Assembly (NCBI GenBank): GCA_950097015.1
Contig: CATNEN010000030.1
Coordinates: 3,038,001 to 3,102,000 of the forward strand
DNA length: 64,000 nt
Source: Macrostomum hystrix
Taxonomy: Eukaryota > Animalia > Platyhelminthes
Direction: 5' to 3'
Position numbers and translations under genes: made by a program. The stretch's first letter is position 1, and each line of letters starts with the position of its first letter. Positions 46,013-58,157 of this stretch are shown here, one piece after another. The notes under the pieces were generated by a model that saw nothing but the letters and a program-made list of their open reading frames with translations, ran no database searches and was not told the DNA's origin.

Positions 46013-49000
46013 TCAAACGTCGCCCATGCTAGTTGAGCTCATGTAGGAGCTAAGCGAGGTGCGCGAGCCGTAGAAGCTGAACTTTTCAAAATTCGGCCCG
46101 TCCATTGGCCAGCGAGTGCCGCTGGGATTGGCCGGGGCCGAGTTCGGCGGCGTCAGCTGGACTGGCTCGCGCAGGAACTCCTCCGGGATGTACTTGGTGT
46201 CGCACGCGTCCCTGACACCCGGCTTCCACGGCGGCGGAATCTCCTTCTTGGTGAGTTTCACCCAGTCCATGCCGGTGAAGAACGGATGCCGCATGACGTC
46301 GATGGCGTCCAGAGCGGAGCCGCCGAGTCGCCTAGACGGCTCCTTGATGAGCAGGCGGGATAGGAAGTCCTGCGCCTCCTGGCTGAGGTTGGATGGGATG
46401 CGCACGCTGTCGTTCATGATCAGCTCGAATAGGATTTCGTGATCGCGCGAGTAGAATGGCAGCCGGCCGCACATCATCTCGTACGACACCACGCCGAGGC
46501 CCCACCAGTCGACACTGCGGCCGTAATCGTTTTCGTCTGCGGAGAGGGCAAAGCAGGGAGATCGCGGCTCAGACGGCAGTGACGTGACATACAGGCCTCG
46601 TATGTGCTTTCTTTCCATTGCTAAAGTAGCCTTAAGCTAAAGTAGAAGCAGCGCTTTAGCTTTGGAAACTGCGACAGATCAGGACTATAAATAGCCCAGT
46701 TCATAGCCCAGTCATCTGGGTCACAGCACAGTCATCTGGGTCACAGCCCAGTCATCTGGGTCACAGCACAGTCATCTGGGTCACAGCCCAGTCATCTGGG
46801 TCACAGCACAGTCATCTGGGTCACAGCACAGTCATCTGGGTCACAGCCCAGTCATCTGGGTCACAGCCCAGTCATCTGGGTCACAGCACAGTCATCTGGG
46901 TCACAGCACAGTCATCTGGGTCACAGCACAGTCATCTGGGTCACAGCACAGTCATCTGGGTCACAGCACAGTCATCTGGGTCACAGCACAGTCATCTGGG
47001 TCACAGCCCAGTCATCTGGGTCACAGCACAGTCATCTGGGTCACAGCACAGTCATCTGGGTCACAGTACAGTCATCTGGATCATAGCACAGCTGTCACTC
47101 ACCGAGAATCTCCGGGGCCAAGTACTCGGGTGTGCCACAGAAAGTCTTAGTCATGACGCCGTATTGCATCTCCTCTTTGCAGAGGCCAAAGTCTGCAATG
47201 CGAATATGGCCCATCTCGTCTAGCAGCAGATTCTCCAGCTTCAGATCCCGATAGACAATGTTCATGTCGTGCAGGTAGCCAATAGCTGTCACAATCTCGG
47301 CAGCGTAGAATCTGGTCCGCTCCTCGGTGAAGAAGCGCTCACGGAGCAGGTGAAAGTAGAGCTCGCCACCGTTGACGTATTCCATGACAAAGCAGAGCCG
47401 GTCCTCGGTTTGAAATGAGTACTTCAGCTGGGTTAGGAACGGATGCCGGCAGGTCTGCAGGACTCGATTCTCTGTCATTGTGTGAATCACTTCATCTTTC
47501 TGCGCAGTGGGATATTGGTTGAAATGGGATGTAAGTTTGGATATCGAACAACTTTATTAATGAACACCTGAAATACTTCCTCAGAAATATTCCTTAGTCT
47601 TTGATTTGTACTCGTAACAGCCAGTTAGAATTCTTAGAAATGCCTAGTCTTACAGGTGTCTGCAGAATCGAACAGCCAGTTAGAATTCTTAGAAATGCCT
47701 AGTCTTACAGGTGTCTGCAGAATCAAACAGCCAGTTAGAATTCTTAGAAATGCCTAGTCTTACAGGTGTCTGCAGAATCAAACAGCCAGTTAGAATTCTT
47801 AGAAATGCCTAGTCTTACAGGTGTCTGCAGAATCGAACAGCCAGTTAGTTTTCTTAGAAATGCCTAGTCTTACAGGTGTCTGCAGAATCGAACAGCCAGT
47901 TAGTTTTCTTATGGTTTATGGTTCAGATAAATATTAGAATGAGAAATCTGTGTACACATAGACACAGACACCTGTTAGATATTTGAGAGAAGTGAGTCGC
48001 AGGTGAAATAAATGCAGCTTGATTTGATTCAATTAACTTGATACAGGTCGTTATCAGTGAACTGGCAGGCAAGAAAAAGCAAGACCCCGCTTCTAAAAGC
48101 CAATTTCCAGTGTTCTCAATTGGATCTCGCGCCCGTGCAGGTGGCGCTAGCACAATCTTATAAATAGAAGTCAGGCCTAGCATTAACTGGCATATGCGAC
48201 AATTGAGACATTGTTAATGAACTAATGAAATTGAACACAAGCTTAACTGATCGATAGAACTAGTGTATAGCAAATACATACACTCATCCATCCAAAGGGC
48301 CAAATGCTTTTTGTCAATTTGTCCGCAATGAACGCGGATAAAAGTCAACAGTTTCCTGTCTTTTATTCATAAATTTCGTTACCTTTATTGGAAATCAGAA
48401 ATTTACTCCCTATTTTAACTGCCAAATGCAATCGAATCATTTAAGAACATTTTCTACGGTTTATGCTGGCCGAGCAAACATAGGCGAATGAGTTGAGTTT
48501 TTACAGGAAATTATCTAGACTATCCAGCATGCGTCCTCCTGAATCACATCCGCATCCACAGACGGCTAATCTTCAACTATGAAACTCATTGCTAAAAAAC
48601 ATTTCCTTTTTTGCTAAAAAAAACTTCCCAACCATTAAACTATTTTGCTTTACTTATAGGAAAAATGCTTTATAGTATGACCAAAGGGCAGATTTCAAAT
48701 CCTAAAATCAACCCCACATAAATATAAGCACAGAACAAAATTTAGATTAACAAATCGCCTATTAGTTAGCAACTGATGCTGGATGCAACCTAAATAACTG
48801 ATGCTGGAGGCAACCTAAATAACTGATGCTGGATGCAACATAAATAACTGATGGTGGATTCAGCCTAAATAACTGATGCTGGATGCAACCTAAATAACTG
48901 ATGCTGGATGCAACCTAAATAACTGATGCTGGATGCAACCTAAATAACTGATGCTGGATGCAACCTAAATAACTGATGCTGGATGCAACCTAAATAACTG

Positions 49001-52000
49001 ATGCTGGATGCAACCTAAATAACTGATGCTGGATGCAACCTAAATAACTGATGCTGGATGCAACCTAAATAACTGATGCTGGCTGCAACCTAAATAACTG
49101 ATGCTAGATGCAACCTAAATAACTGATGCTGGATGCAACCTAAATAACTGATGCTAGATGCAACCTAAATAACTGATGCTAGATGCAACCTAAATAACTG
49201 ATGCTGGATGCAACCTAAATAACTGATGCTGGCTGCAACCTAAATAACTGATGCTAGATGCAACCTAAATAACTGATGCTGGGTGCAACCTAAATAACTG
49301 ATGCTGGGTGCAACCTAAATAACTGATGCTGGAGGCAACCTAAATAACTGATGCTGGGTGCAACCTAAATAGCTGATGCTAGATGCAACCTAAATAACTG
49401 ATGCTGGCTGCAACCTAAATAACTGATGCTAGATGCAACCTAAATAACTGATGCTGGATGCAACCTAAATAACTGATGCTGGCTGCAACCTAAATAACTG
49501 ATGCTAGATGCAACCTAAATAACTGATGCTGGGTGCAACCTAAATAACTGATGCTAGATGCAACCTAAATAACTGATGCTGGGTGCAACCTAAATAACTG
49601 ATGCTGGATGCAACCTAAATAACTGATGCTAGATGCAACCTAAATAACTGATGCTGGAGGCAACCTAAATAACTGATGCTGGAGGCAACCTAAATAACTG
49701 ATGCTAGATTCAACCTAAATAACTGATGCTGGAGGCAACCTAAATAACTGATGCTGGAGGCAACCTAAATAACTGATGCTAGATTCAACCTAAATAACTG
49801 ATGCTGGGTGCAACCTAAATAACTGATGCTGGGTGCAACCTAAATAACTGATGCTAGATGCAACCTAAATAACTGATGCTGGGTGCAACCTAAATAACTG
49901 ATGCTGGGTGCAACCTAAATAACTGATGCTGGGTGCAACCTAAATAACTGATGCTGCATGCAGCCTAAATAATGAAGAATGATGCAATCCCCATATTGGT
50001 GCATGATAAGGCATACAAATTAATGAATTGCTTTTGTTGCAATCGAAATAGTTGTTATGGGTGTCACAACATTTCCTATTCCCAAAAAGAGCAGCAGTAC
50101 TCACTTCAATGAGCACACTCTTCTTCAGAATCTTGATGGCGAAGAGATTGTTGGAGGCCTTCTCGCGGCAGAGAACCACCTTGCCGAAGGTGCCCATGCC
50201 CAGAACCTTGAGCATCTCAAAGTCGGCGAGGCTAACTTTGGTTCTCGGTCTGCGGGGTGGTGATTCGTTATTGAAGAATGCAAGCAGGCTTTTTTAAAGT
50301 TACCTAGCCAAAACATTCGAGCAGAATATATTTCCAATGCCAAGGCTATAAAATAGTTCCACATGAGATTGAGAAATAGAGAAAATATGAAAAAACATTT
50401 TGTTGGGGGTTGGGGAAATTTTTATCCTCAACCGGAAATGAATTTCTCCCTAATTGCTGGAGCACTACGCTACAACCAACAGCTGCTTCCTAGACTTGAA
50501 AATTACATTTTAATTTAAAATATTCTCTTTTATGATTATAGAACTCATAATTGATTAATTATCTAGAGCTCATTTTCTACATGGGATTTCATTATAACAA
50601 ATTGAGTCTTAAAAGCTAGCGCTGGATTAAAAAGTATCTCGAAAACGGTACGACAGGCTTCTAATTCTAACTATTCAACATTACTAGCTAGATCTTCTCA
50701 CAATCAAATTCCTTACCAATCCATTGTGATCTCACATTCTCACAATCAATTCTCTTCCCCATCTATAGAGATCTCACATTCTCACAATCAATTCTCTTCC
50801 CCATCTATAGAGATCTCACATTCTCACAATCAATTCTCTTCCCCATCTATAGAGATCTCATCTTCTCACAATTAATTATCTTCCAAATCCATAGAGATCT
50901 CATCTTCTCACAATCAATTCTCTTCCAAATCCATAGAGATCTCATCTTCTCACAATCAATTCTCTTCCGAATCCATAGAGATCTCATCTTCTCACAATTA
51001 ATTCTCTTCCAAATCCATAGAGATCTCATCTTCTCACAATTAATTATCTTCCAAATCCATAGAGATCTCATCTTCTCACAATCAATTCTCTTCCAAATCC
51101 ATAGAGATCTCATCTTCTCACAATCAATTCTCTTCCAAATCCAAAGAGATCTCATATTCTCACAATCAAATTCCTTACCAATCCATTGTGATCTCACATT
51201 CTCACAATCAATTCTCTTCCCCATCTATAGAGATCTCACATTCTCACAATCAATTCTCTTCCAAATCCATAGAGATCTCATCTTCTCACAATCAATTCTC
51301 TTCCCCATCTATAGAGATCTCATCTTCTCACAATCAAATTCCTTACCAATCCATTGTGATCTCACATTCTCACAATCAATTCTCTTCCCCATCTATAGAG
51401 ATCTCACCTTCTCACAATCAAATTCCTTACCAATCCATTGTGATCTCACATTCTCACAATCAAATTCCTTACCAATCCATTGTGATCTCACATTCTCACA
51501 TTCAATTCTCTTCCCCATCTATAGAGATCTCACCTTCTCACAATCCAATCAATTCTCTTCCAAACCAATAGAGATCTCATCTTCTCACAATCCAATCAAT
51601 TCTCTTCCAAACCAATAGAGATCTCATCTTCTCACAATCAAATTCCTTACCAATCCATTGTGATCTCACATTCTCACAATCAATTCTCTTCCCCATCTAT
51701 AGAGATCTCACATTCTCACAATCAATTCTCTTCCCCATCTATAGAGATCTCACATTCTCACAATCAATTCTCTTCCCCATCTATAGAGATCTCATTTTCT
51801 CACAATTAATTATCTTCCAAATCCATAGAGATCTCATCTTCTCACAATCAATTCTCTTCCGAATCCATAGAGATCTCATCTTCTCACAATTAATTATCTT
51901 CCAAATCCATAGAGATCTCATCTTCTCACAATCAATTCTCTTCCAAATCCAAAGAGATCTCATATTCTCACAATCAAATTCCTTACCAATCCATTGTGAT

Positions 52001-55000
52001 CTCACATTCTCACAATCAATTCTCTTCCCCATCTATAGAGATCTCACATTCTCACAATCAATTCTCTTCCAAATCCATAGAGATCTCATCTTCTCACAAT
52101 CAATTCTCTTCCCCATCTATAGAGATCTCATCTTCTCACAATCAAATTCCTTACCAATCCATTGTGATCTCACATTCTCACAATCAATTCTCTTCCCCAT
52201 CTATAGAGATCTCACCTTCTCACAATCAAATTCCTTACCAATCCATTGTGATCTCACATTCTCACAATCAAATTCCTTACCAATCCATTGTGATCTCACA
52301 TTCTCACATTCAATTCTCTTCCCCATCTATAGAGATCTCACCTTCTCACAATCCAATCAATTCTCTTCCAAACCAATAGAGATCTCATCTTCTCACAATC
52401 CAATCAATTCTCTTCCAAACCAATAGAGATCTCATCTTCTCACAATCAAATTCCTTACCAATCCATTGTGATCTCACATTCTCACAATCAATTCTCTTCC
52501 CCATCTATAGAGATCTCACCTTCTCACAATCAAATTCCTTACCAATCCATTGTGATCTCACATTCTCACAATCAATTCTCTTTCCCATCTATAGAGATCT
52601 CACATTCTCACAATCAATTCTCTTCCCCATCTATAGAGATCTCACATTCTCACAATCAATTCTCTTCCAAATCCATAGAGATCTCATCTTCTCACAATCA
52701 ATTCTCTTCCAAATCCATAGAGATCTCATCTTCTCACAATCAATTCTCTTCCAAATCCATAGAGATCTCATCTTCTCACAATCAATTCTCTTCCAAATCC
52801 ATAGAGATCTCATCTTCTCACAATCCAATCAATTCTCTTCCAAATCAATAGAGATCTCATCTTCTCACAATCAAATTCCTTACCAATCCATTGTGATCTC
52901 ACATTCTCACAATCAATTCTCTTCCCCATCTATAGAGATCTCACATTCTCACAATCAAATTCCTTACCAATCCATTGTGATCTCACATTCTCACAATCAA
53001 TTCTCTTCCCCATCTATAGAGATCTCATCTTCTCACAATCCAATCAATTCTCTTCCAAATCCATAGAGATCTCATCTTCTCACAATCAAATTCCTTACCA
53101 ATCCATTGTGATCTCACATTCTCACAATCAATTCTCTTCCCCATCTATAGAGATCTCACATTCTCACAATCAAATTCCTTACCAATCCATTGTGATCTCA
53201 CATTCTCACAATCAATTCTCTTCCCCATCTATAGAGATCTCATCTTCTCACAATCAATTCTCTTCCAAATCCATAGAGATCTCATCTTCTCACAATCAAT
53301 TCTCTTCCAAATCCATAGAGATCTCATCTTCTCACAATCCAATCAATTCTCTTCCAAATCCATAGAGATCTCATCTTCTCACATTCAATTCTCTTCCAAA
53401 TCCATAGAGATCTCATCTTCTCACATTCAATTCTCTTCCAAATCCATAGAGATCTCATCTTCTCACAATCAATTCTCTTCCAAATCCATAGAGATCTCAT
53501 CTTCTCACAATCAATTCTCTTCCCCATCTATAGAGATCTCACATTCTCACAATCAATTCTCTTCCAAATCCATAGAGATCTCATCTTCTCACATTCAATT
53601 CTCTTCCAAATCCATAGAGATCTCATCTTCTCACAATCAATTCTCTTCCAAATCAATAGAGATCTCATCTTCTCACAATCAATTCTCTTCCAAATCCATA
53701 GAGATCTCATCTTCTCACAATCAATTCTCTTCCAAATCAATAGAGATCTCATCTTCTCACAATCAATTCTCTTCCAAATCCATAGAGATCTCATCTTCTC
53801 ACAATCAATTCTCTTCCAAATCCATAGAGATCTCATCTTCTCACAATCAATTCTCTTCCAAATCCATAGAGATCTCATCTTCTCACAATCCAATCAATTC
53901 TCTTCCAAACCAATAGAGATCTCATCTTCTCACAATCAATTCTCTTCCAAATCAATAGAGATCTCATCTTCTCACAATCAATTCTCTTCCAAATCCATAG
54001 AGATCTCATCTTCTCACAATCAATTCTCTTCCAAATCCATAGAGATCTCATCTTCTCACATTCAATTCTCTTCCAAATCCATAGAGATCTCATCTTCTCA
54101 CATTCAATTCTCTTCCAAATCAATAGAGATCTCATCTTCTCACATTCAATTCTCTTCCAAATCCATAGAGATCTCATCTTCTCACATTCAATTCTCTTCC
54201 AAATCCATAGAGATCTCATCTTCTCACAATCAATTCTCTTCCAAATCCATAGAGATCTCATCTTCTCACAATCAATTCTCTTCCAAATCAATAGAGATCT
54301 CATCTTCTCACAATCCAATCAATTCTCTTCCAAATCAATAGAGATCTCATCTTCTCACAATCAATTCTCTTCCCCATCTATAGAGATCTCATCTTCTCAC
54401 AATCAATTCTCTTCCAAATCCATAGAGATCTCATCTTCTCACAATCAAATTCCTTACCAATCCATTGTGATCTCACATTCTCACAATCAATTCTCTTCCC
54501 CATCTATAGAGATCTCATCTTCTCACAATCAATTCTCTTCCAAATCCATAGAGATCTCATCTTCTCACAATCCAATCAATTCTCTTCCAAATCAATAGAG
54601 ATCTCATCTTCTCACAATCAATTCTCTTCCAAATCCATAGAGATCTCATCTTCTCACATTCAATTCTCTTCCAAATCCATAGAGATCTCATCTTCTCACA
54701 ATCAATTCTCTTCCAAATCCATAGAGATCTCATCTTCTCACATTCAATTCTCTTCCAAATCAATAGAGATCTCATCTTCTCACATTCAATTCTCTTCCAA
54801 ATCAATAGAGATCTCATCTTCTCACATTCAATTCTCTTCCAAATCCATAGAGATCTCATCTTCTCACATTCAATTCTCTTCCAAATCCATAGAGATCTCA
54901 TCTTCTCACATTCAATTCTCTTCCAAATCAATAGAGATCTCATCTTCTCACATTCAATTCTCTTCCAAATCCATAGAGATCTCATCTTCTCACATTCAAT

Positions 55001-56738
55001 TCTCTTCCAAATCCATAGAGATCTCATCTACTCACAATCAATTCTCTTCCAAATCAATAGAGATCTCATCTTCTCACAATCAATTCTCTTCCAAATCAAT
55101 AGAGATCTCATTTTCTCACAATCAATTCTCTTCCAAATCCATAGAGATCTCATCTTCTCACAATCAATTCTCTTCCAAATCAATAGAGATCTCATCTTCT
55201 CACAATCAATTCTCTTCCAAATCCATAGAGATCTCATCTTCTCACATTCAATTCTCTTCCAAATCCATAGAGATCTCATCTTCTCACAATCAATTCTCTT
55301 CCAAATCAATAGAGATCTCATCTTCTCACAATCCATTCTCTTCCAAATCCATAGAGATCTCATATTCTCACAAACAATCAATTCTCTTCCAAATCCATAG
55401 AGATCTCATCTTCTCACAATCCATTCTCTTCCAAATCCATAGAGATCTCATATTCTCACAAACAATCAATTCTCTTCCAAATCCATAGAGATCTCATCTT
55501 CTCACAATCCATTCTCTTCCAAATCCATAGAGATCTCATATTCTCACATTCAATTCTCTTCCAAATCCATAGAGATCTCATCTTCTCACATTCAATTCTC
55601 TTCCAAATCCATAGAGATCTCATCTTCTCACAATCAATTCTCTTCCAAATCAATAGAGATCTCATTTTCTCACAATCAATTCTCTTCCAAATCCATAGAG
55701 ATCTCATCTTCTCACATTCAATTCTCTTCCAAATCCATAGAGATCTCTTCTCTATTCTCTCATTCAATTCAATTTCCAAATCCTTCCAAATCCTTCCAAA
55801 AGTCTCTTCCAAATCCATAGAGATCTCATTCTCTCTTGATCTCAATGATTGAGTTAAGTTCTCTTCCAAATCCATAGAGATCTCATTCTCTCTTGATCTC
55901 AATGATTGAGTTAAGTTCTCTTCTCAATAAAGAGCTAGTTACAGAACAAGGAGAAATCACAGAACACTATCAAGCAGATCAAAGCGGCTCACTGCTCAGG
56001 CGGATCGACAGCGTCGGAAGCGGTGCCGACTGTGGCAGGCGAAGCGCTAGACGCTCGATGCAGATTAGAGATGTCCACAATGGCCTGCACCCAGGACTGC
56101 CGCTCGGCGTCGGTTTCGACATAGAACATGCGGTCAACAATGTTTGTGCCCTGAAGTCCGCGCAACAGAAATGTGTATGGCTTGGGCATTTCCATGCAGA
56201 CGGCGTGCGAATTGATCACCGTGAAATTGTTCAACGGCTGCAGGTATTCTTTCTGCGATTTCGGCTTCACCTTGTAGCCAAAGAAGGTGCCGTCTTGGTA
56301 CAGGATGAAGTAGCGACGGCGCCAGTTCTTAATATGTTCACCGCGCTTCATTAGGTAGCCCTCTTTGATCAGAGACTTGGAGATTGGAATGCGAGTCGGC
56401 AGCTGCTCGTGCGGCATACTGCAGGCCTGATTAGAGGCCTGGTGAAACAGCTGGATGTGCTGGTTTATATAGATTAAGCTGGGCTCTTGGTTTGGCGGCG
56501 GCCGCTGACCGCCGAAATACTGCTCGGCCAAGGTGGACACGGAGTCCATGTTGTGATAGCTTGGATGCTCACCGGCTGCGCCCTGAAACTGCGGCGGGCC
56601 AACAAAACTATGCGGCAAATGCAGCTCCGGCTGCTGCTGCTGCTGCTGCTGCTGCTGCCCAGCATGAGGTGCCAAATGCTCAGGTGGTAGCATCTGCTGC
56701 GGCGCATCAGCGTCTGAAGTTTCTATTTCCATATCCAT
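46013..56738 (-). CDS. AKT: RAC serine/threonine kinase Akt/PKB, 603 aa; exons 56738-55993, 50249-50105, 47499-47103, 46536-46013
   Basis: PH domain [43 protein letters not shown], activation loop [13 protein letters not shown], turn motif LTPP, hydrophobic motif FEKFSF; 746+145+397+524=1812 nt, phases consistent. Confidence 0.95.
46700..47090. repeat. 20-bp minisatellite (CAGTCATCTGGGTCACAGC(A/C)) in Akt intron 3
   Basis: Directly visible. Confidence 0.93.
47616..47910. repeat. 55-bp tandem repeat, ~5 copies, in Akt intron 2
   Basis: AACAGCCAGTTAG recurs at 47616, 47671 and onward. Confidence 0.92.
48774..49970. repeat. 25-bp minisatellite (AACCTAAATAACTGATGCTGGATGC), ~48 copies, in Akt intron 2
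   Basis: Directly visible. Confidence 0.95.
50694..55915. repeat. ~42-bp satellite (CTCACAATCAATTCTCTTCCAAATCCATAGAGATCTCATCTT and variants), ~5.2 kb, filling most of Akt intron 1
   Basis: Visible; identical ORF translations at 51188 and 51996 show an 808-bp higher-order duplication. Confidence 0.95.
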
Positions 56739-56800
56739 AACGCTTTGATTGCTGAAAATAAACAATAAATCTGATGGGAATCCATTTCAATTAAAAGCTA

Positions 56801-58131
56801 CGAGGGTTGTGTCATAAATTCGCTGACAACTGCAGATATCAAAGAAACAAAACAAAGAACAGCTAATTGTCAACATTGCACTTCTCAACATAGTCACCCC
56901 CAAGCTACCTGCACACATTTGTGCCATCTCTCTGGCAGCTTGCTGATGCCCTGGGCGAAGAATTCCGTGGGGGTCCCTGGTACACACTGGCTGATGGCCG
57001 AGCTGAGTGCAGAAAGGCTTCCATAGCGATGGCCACGAAGAGGCTCTTTCATTTTAGGGAACAACCAGTAGTCACTGGGGGCCAGGTCAGGAGAATAGGC
57101 AGGGTGAGGCAGCAACTCGAAGACTAGTCTCCTGATGACATCCATAGTTGCATTGCAGGTATGCGGCCTGGCGTTGTCCTGCTGCACCACACAATGCCCC
57201 TGGTGATCCTTCCCCGGCGCTCACTCTTGATCTTCTCACGCAGCCGTTCCAACATTTCACAGTAGTACTGGGCATTGATGGTTCTGCCTTCAGGTAGCCA
57301 CTCGATCAGCAAGATGCCTTCTCTGTCCCAGAACACGGTGGCCATGCGCTTACCTGCTGACTGCACCGCCTTGGCCTTGACCAGTGGGGGTTCGTGAGTA
57401 GCCTTCCAGACGCTGCTCTAGAGCAGCGTTTCGTTTCTGGTTCGTAGAAGTGAAACCACGTTTCATCACCAGTCACCAGGCGGCCAAGAAAGTCGGGCTC
57501 GTTTTGATAGGCGATAAGTAGGTGGCGGCACATCTGGACCCTCTCTTGCAGTTGGACAGGAGTCAGCAGTTTAGGGACACATCGTGCAACAACTCGTGTC
57601 ATATGCAGATGGTCAGAGATGATGCAATAAATGATCTTCATTCGTATCTCCAACAAGTCCTCTACCTGTCTCAGGGTTGCTCCACGATCATCGTCCAGGG
57701 CATGCTGCACACGCTGGATGTTGTCACTGGAAGTGGATGACCGCGGTGCACCTGGGCGGGGAGCATCATCAACTGTTTCCCAGCCGTCCTCAAAGCGCTG
57801 CACCCACTTTGACACAGTTTGTTTCGAAGGTGCATCCTCGCTAAATATTAGCAGCAGCTCAAGGTAAATATCAGCCTGCTTCTTCTGCTTCTTCCACAAA
57901 GACCAAAAGACAGTGCGCTTGGTAGCTTCACTTTTCTCCATACTGGATAAAAGGGTGGTTTGAATCCCACTCGGTTTCTACCGATTTCTACTCGGTCTCA
58001 AAAGCCAGAGGGAAGATTTTCCATAGTCAATAAGATCGATGGAGCCTTAGTCTGTATAAAAAATTCTGCCCCAAAGTACAAAAGAAACAGACGCTATGTA
58101 AGTTTGTCAGCGAATTTATGACACAACCCTC
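56801..58131 (-). mobile_element. Mariner (DD34D-type) transposon immediately upstream of the Akt coding exon
   Basis: 28-bp TIR GAGGGTTGTGTCATAAATTCGCTGACAA at 56802-56829 and 58104-58131; TA at 56799-56800; the right terminus/TA is degraded. Confidence 0.92.
56894..57941 (-). pseudogene. Mariner transposase with two frameshifts
   Basis: HTH region, CVPKLL, VTGDETW, MATVFWD, QDNARPH and HPAYSPDLAPSDY are spread over three frames. Confidence 0.92.
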
Positions 58132-58157
58132 TCTTCAATCAATTAATCTTGATTGTT

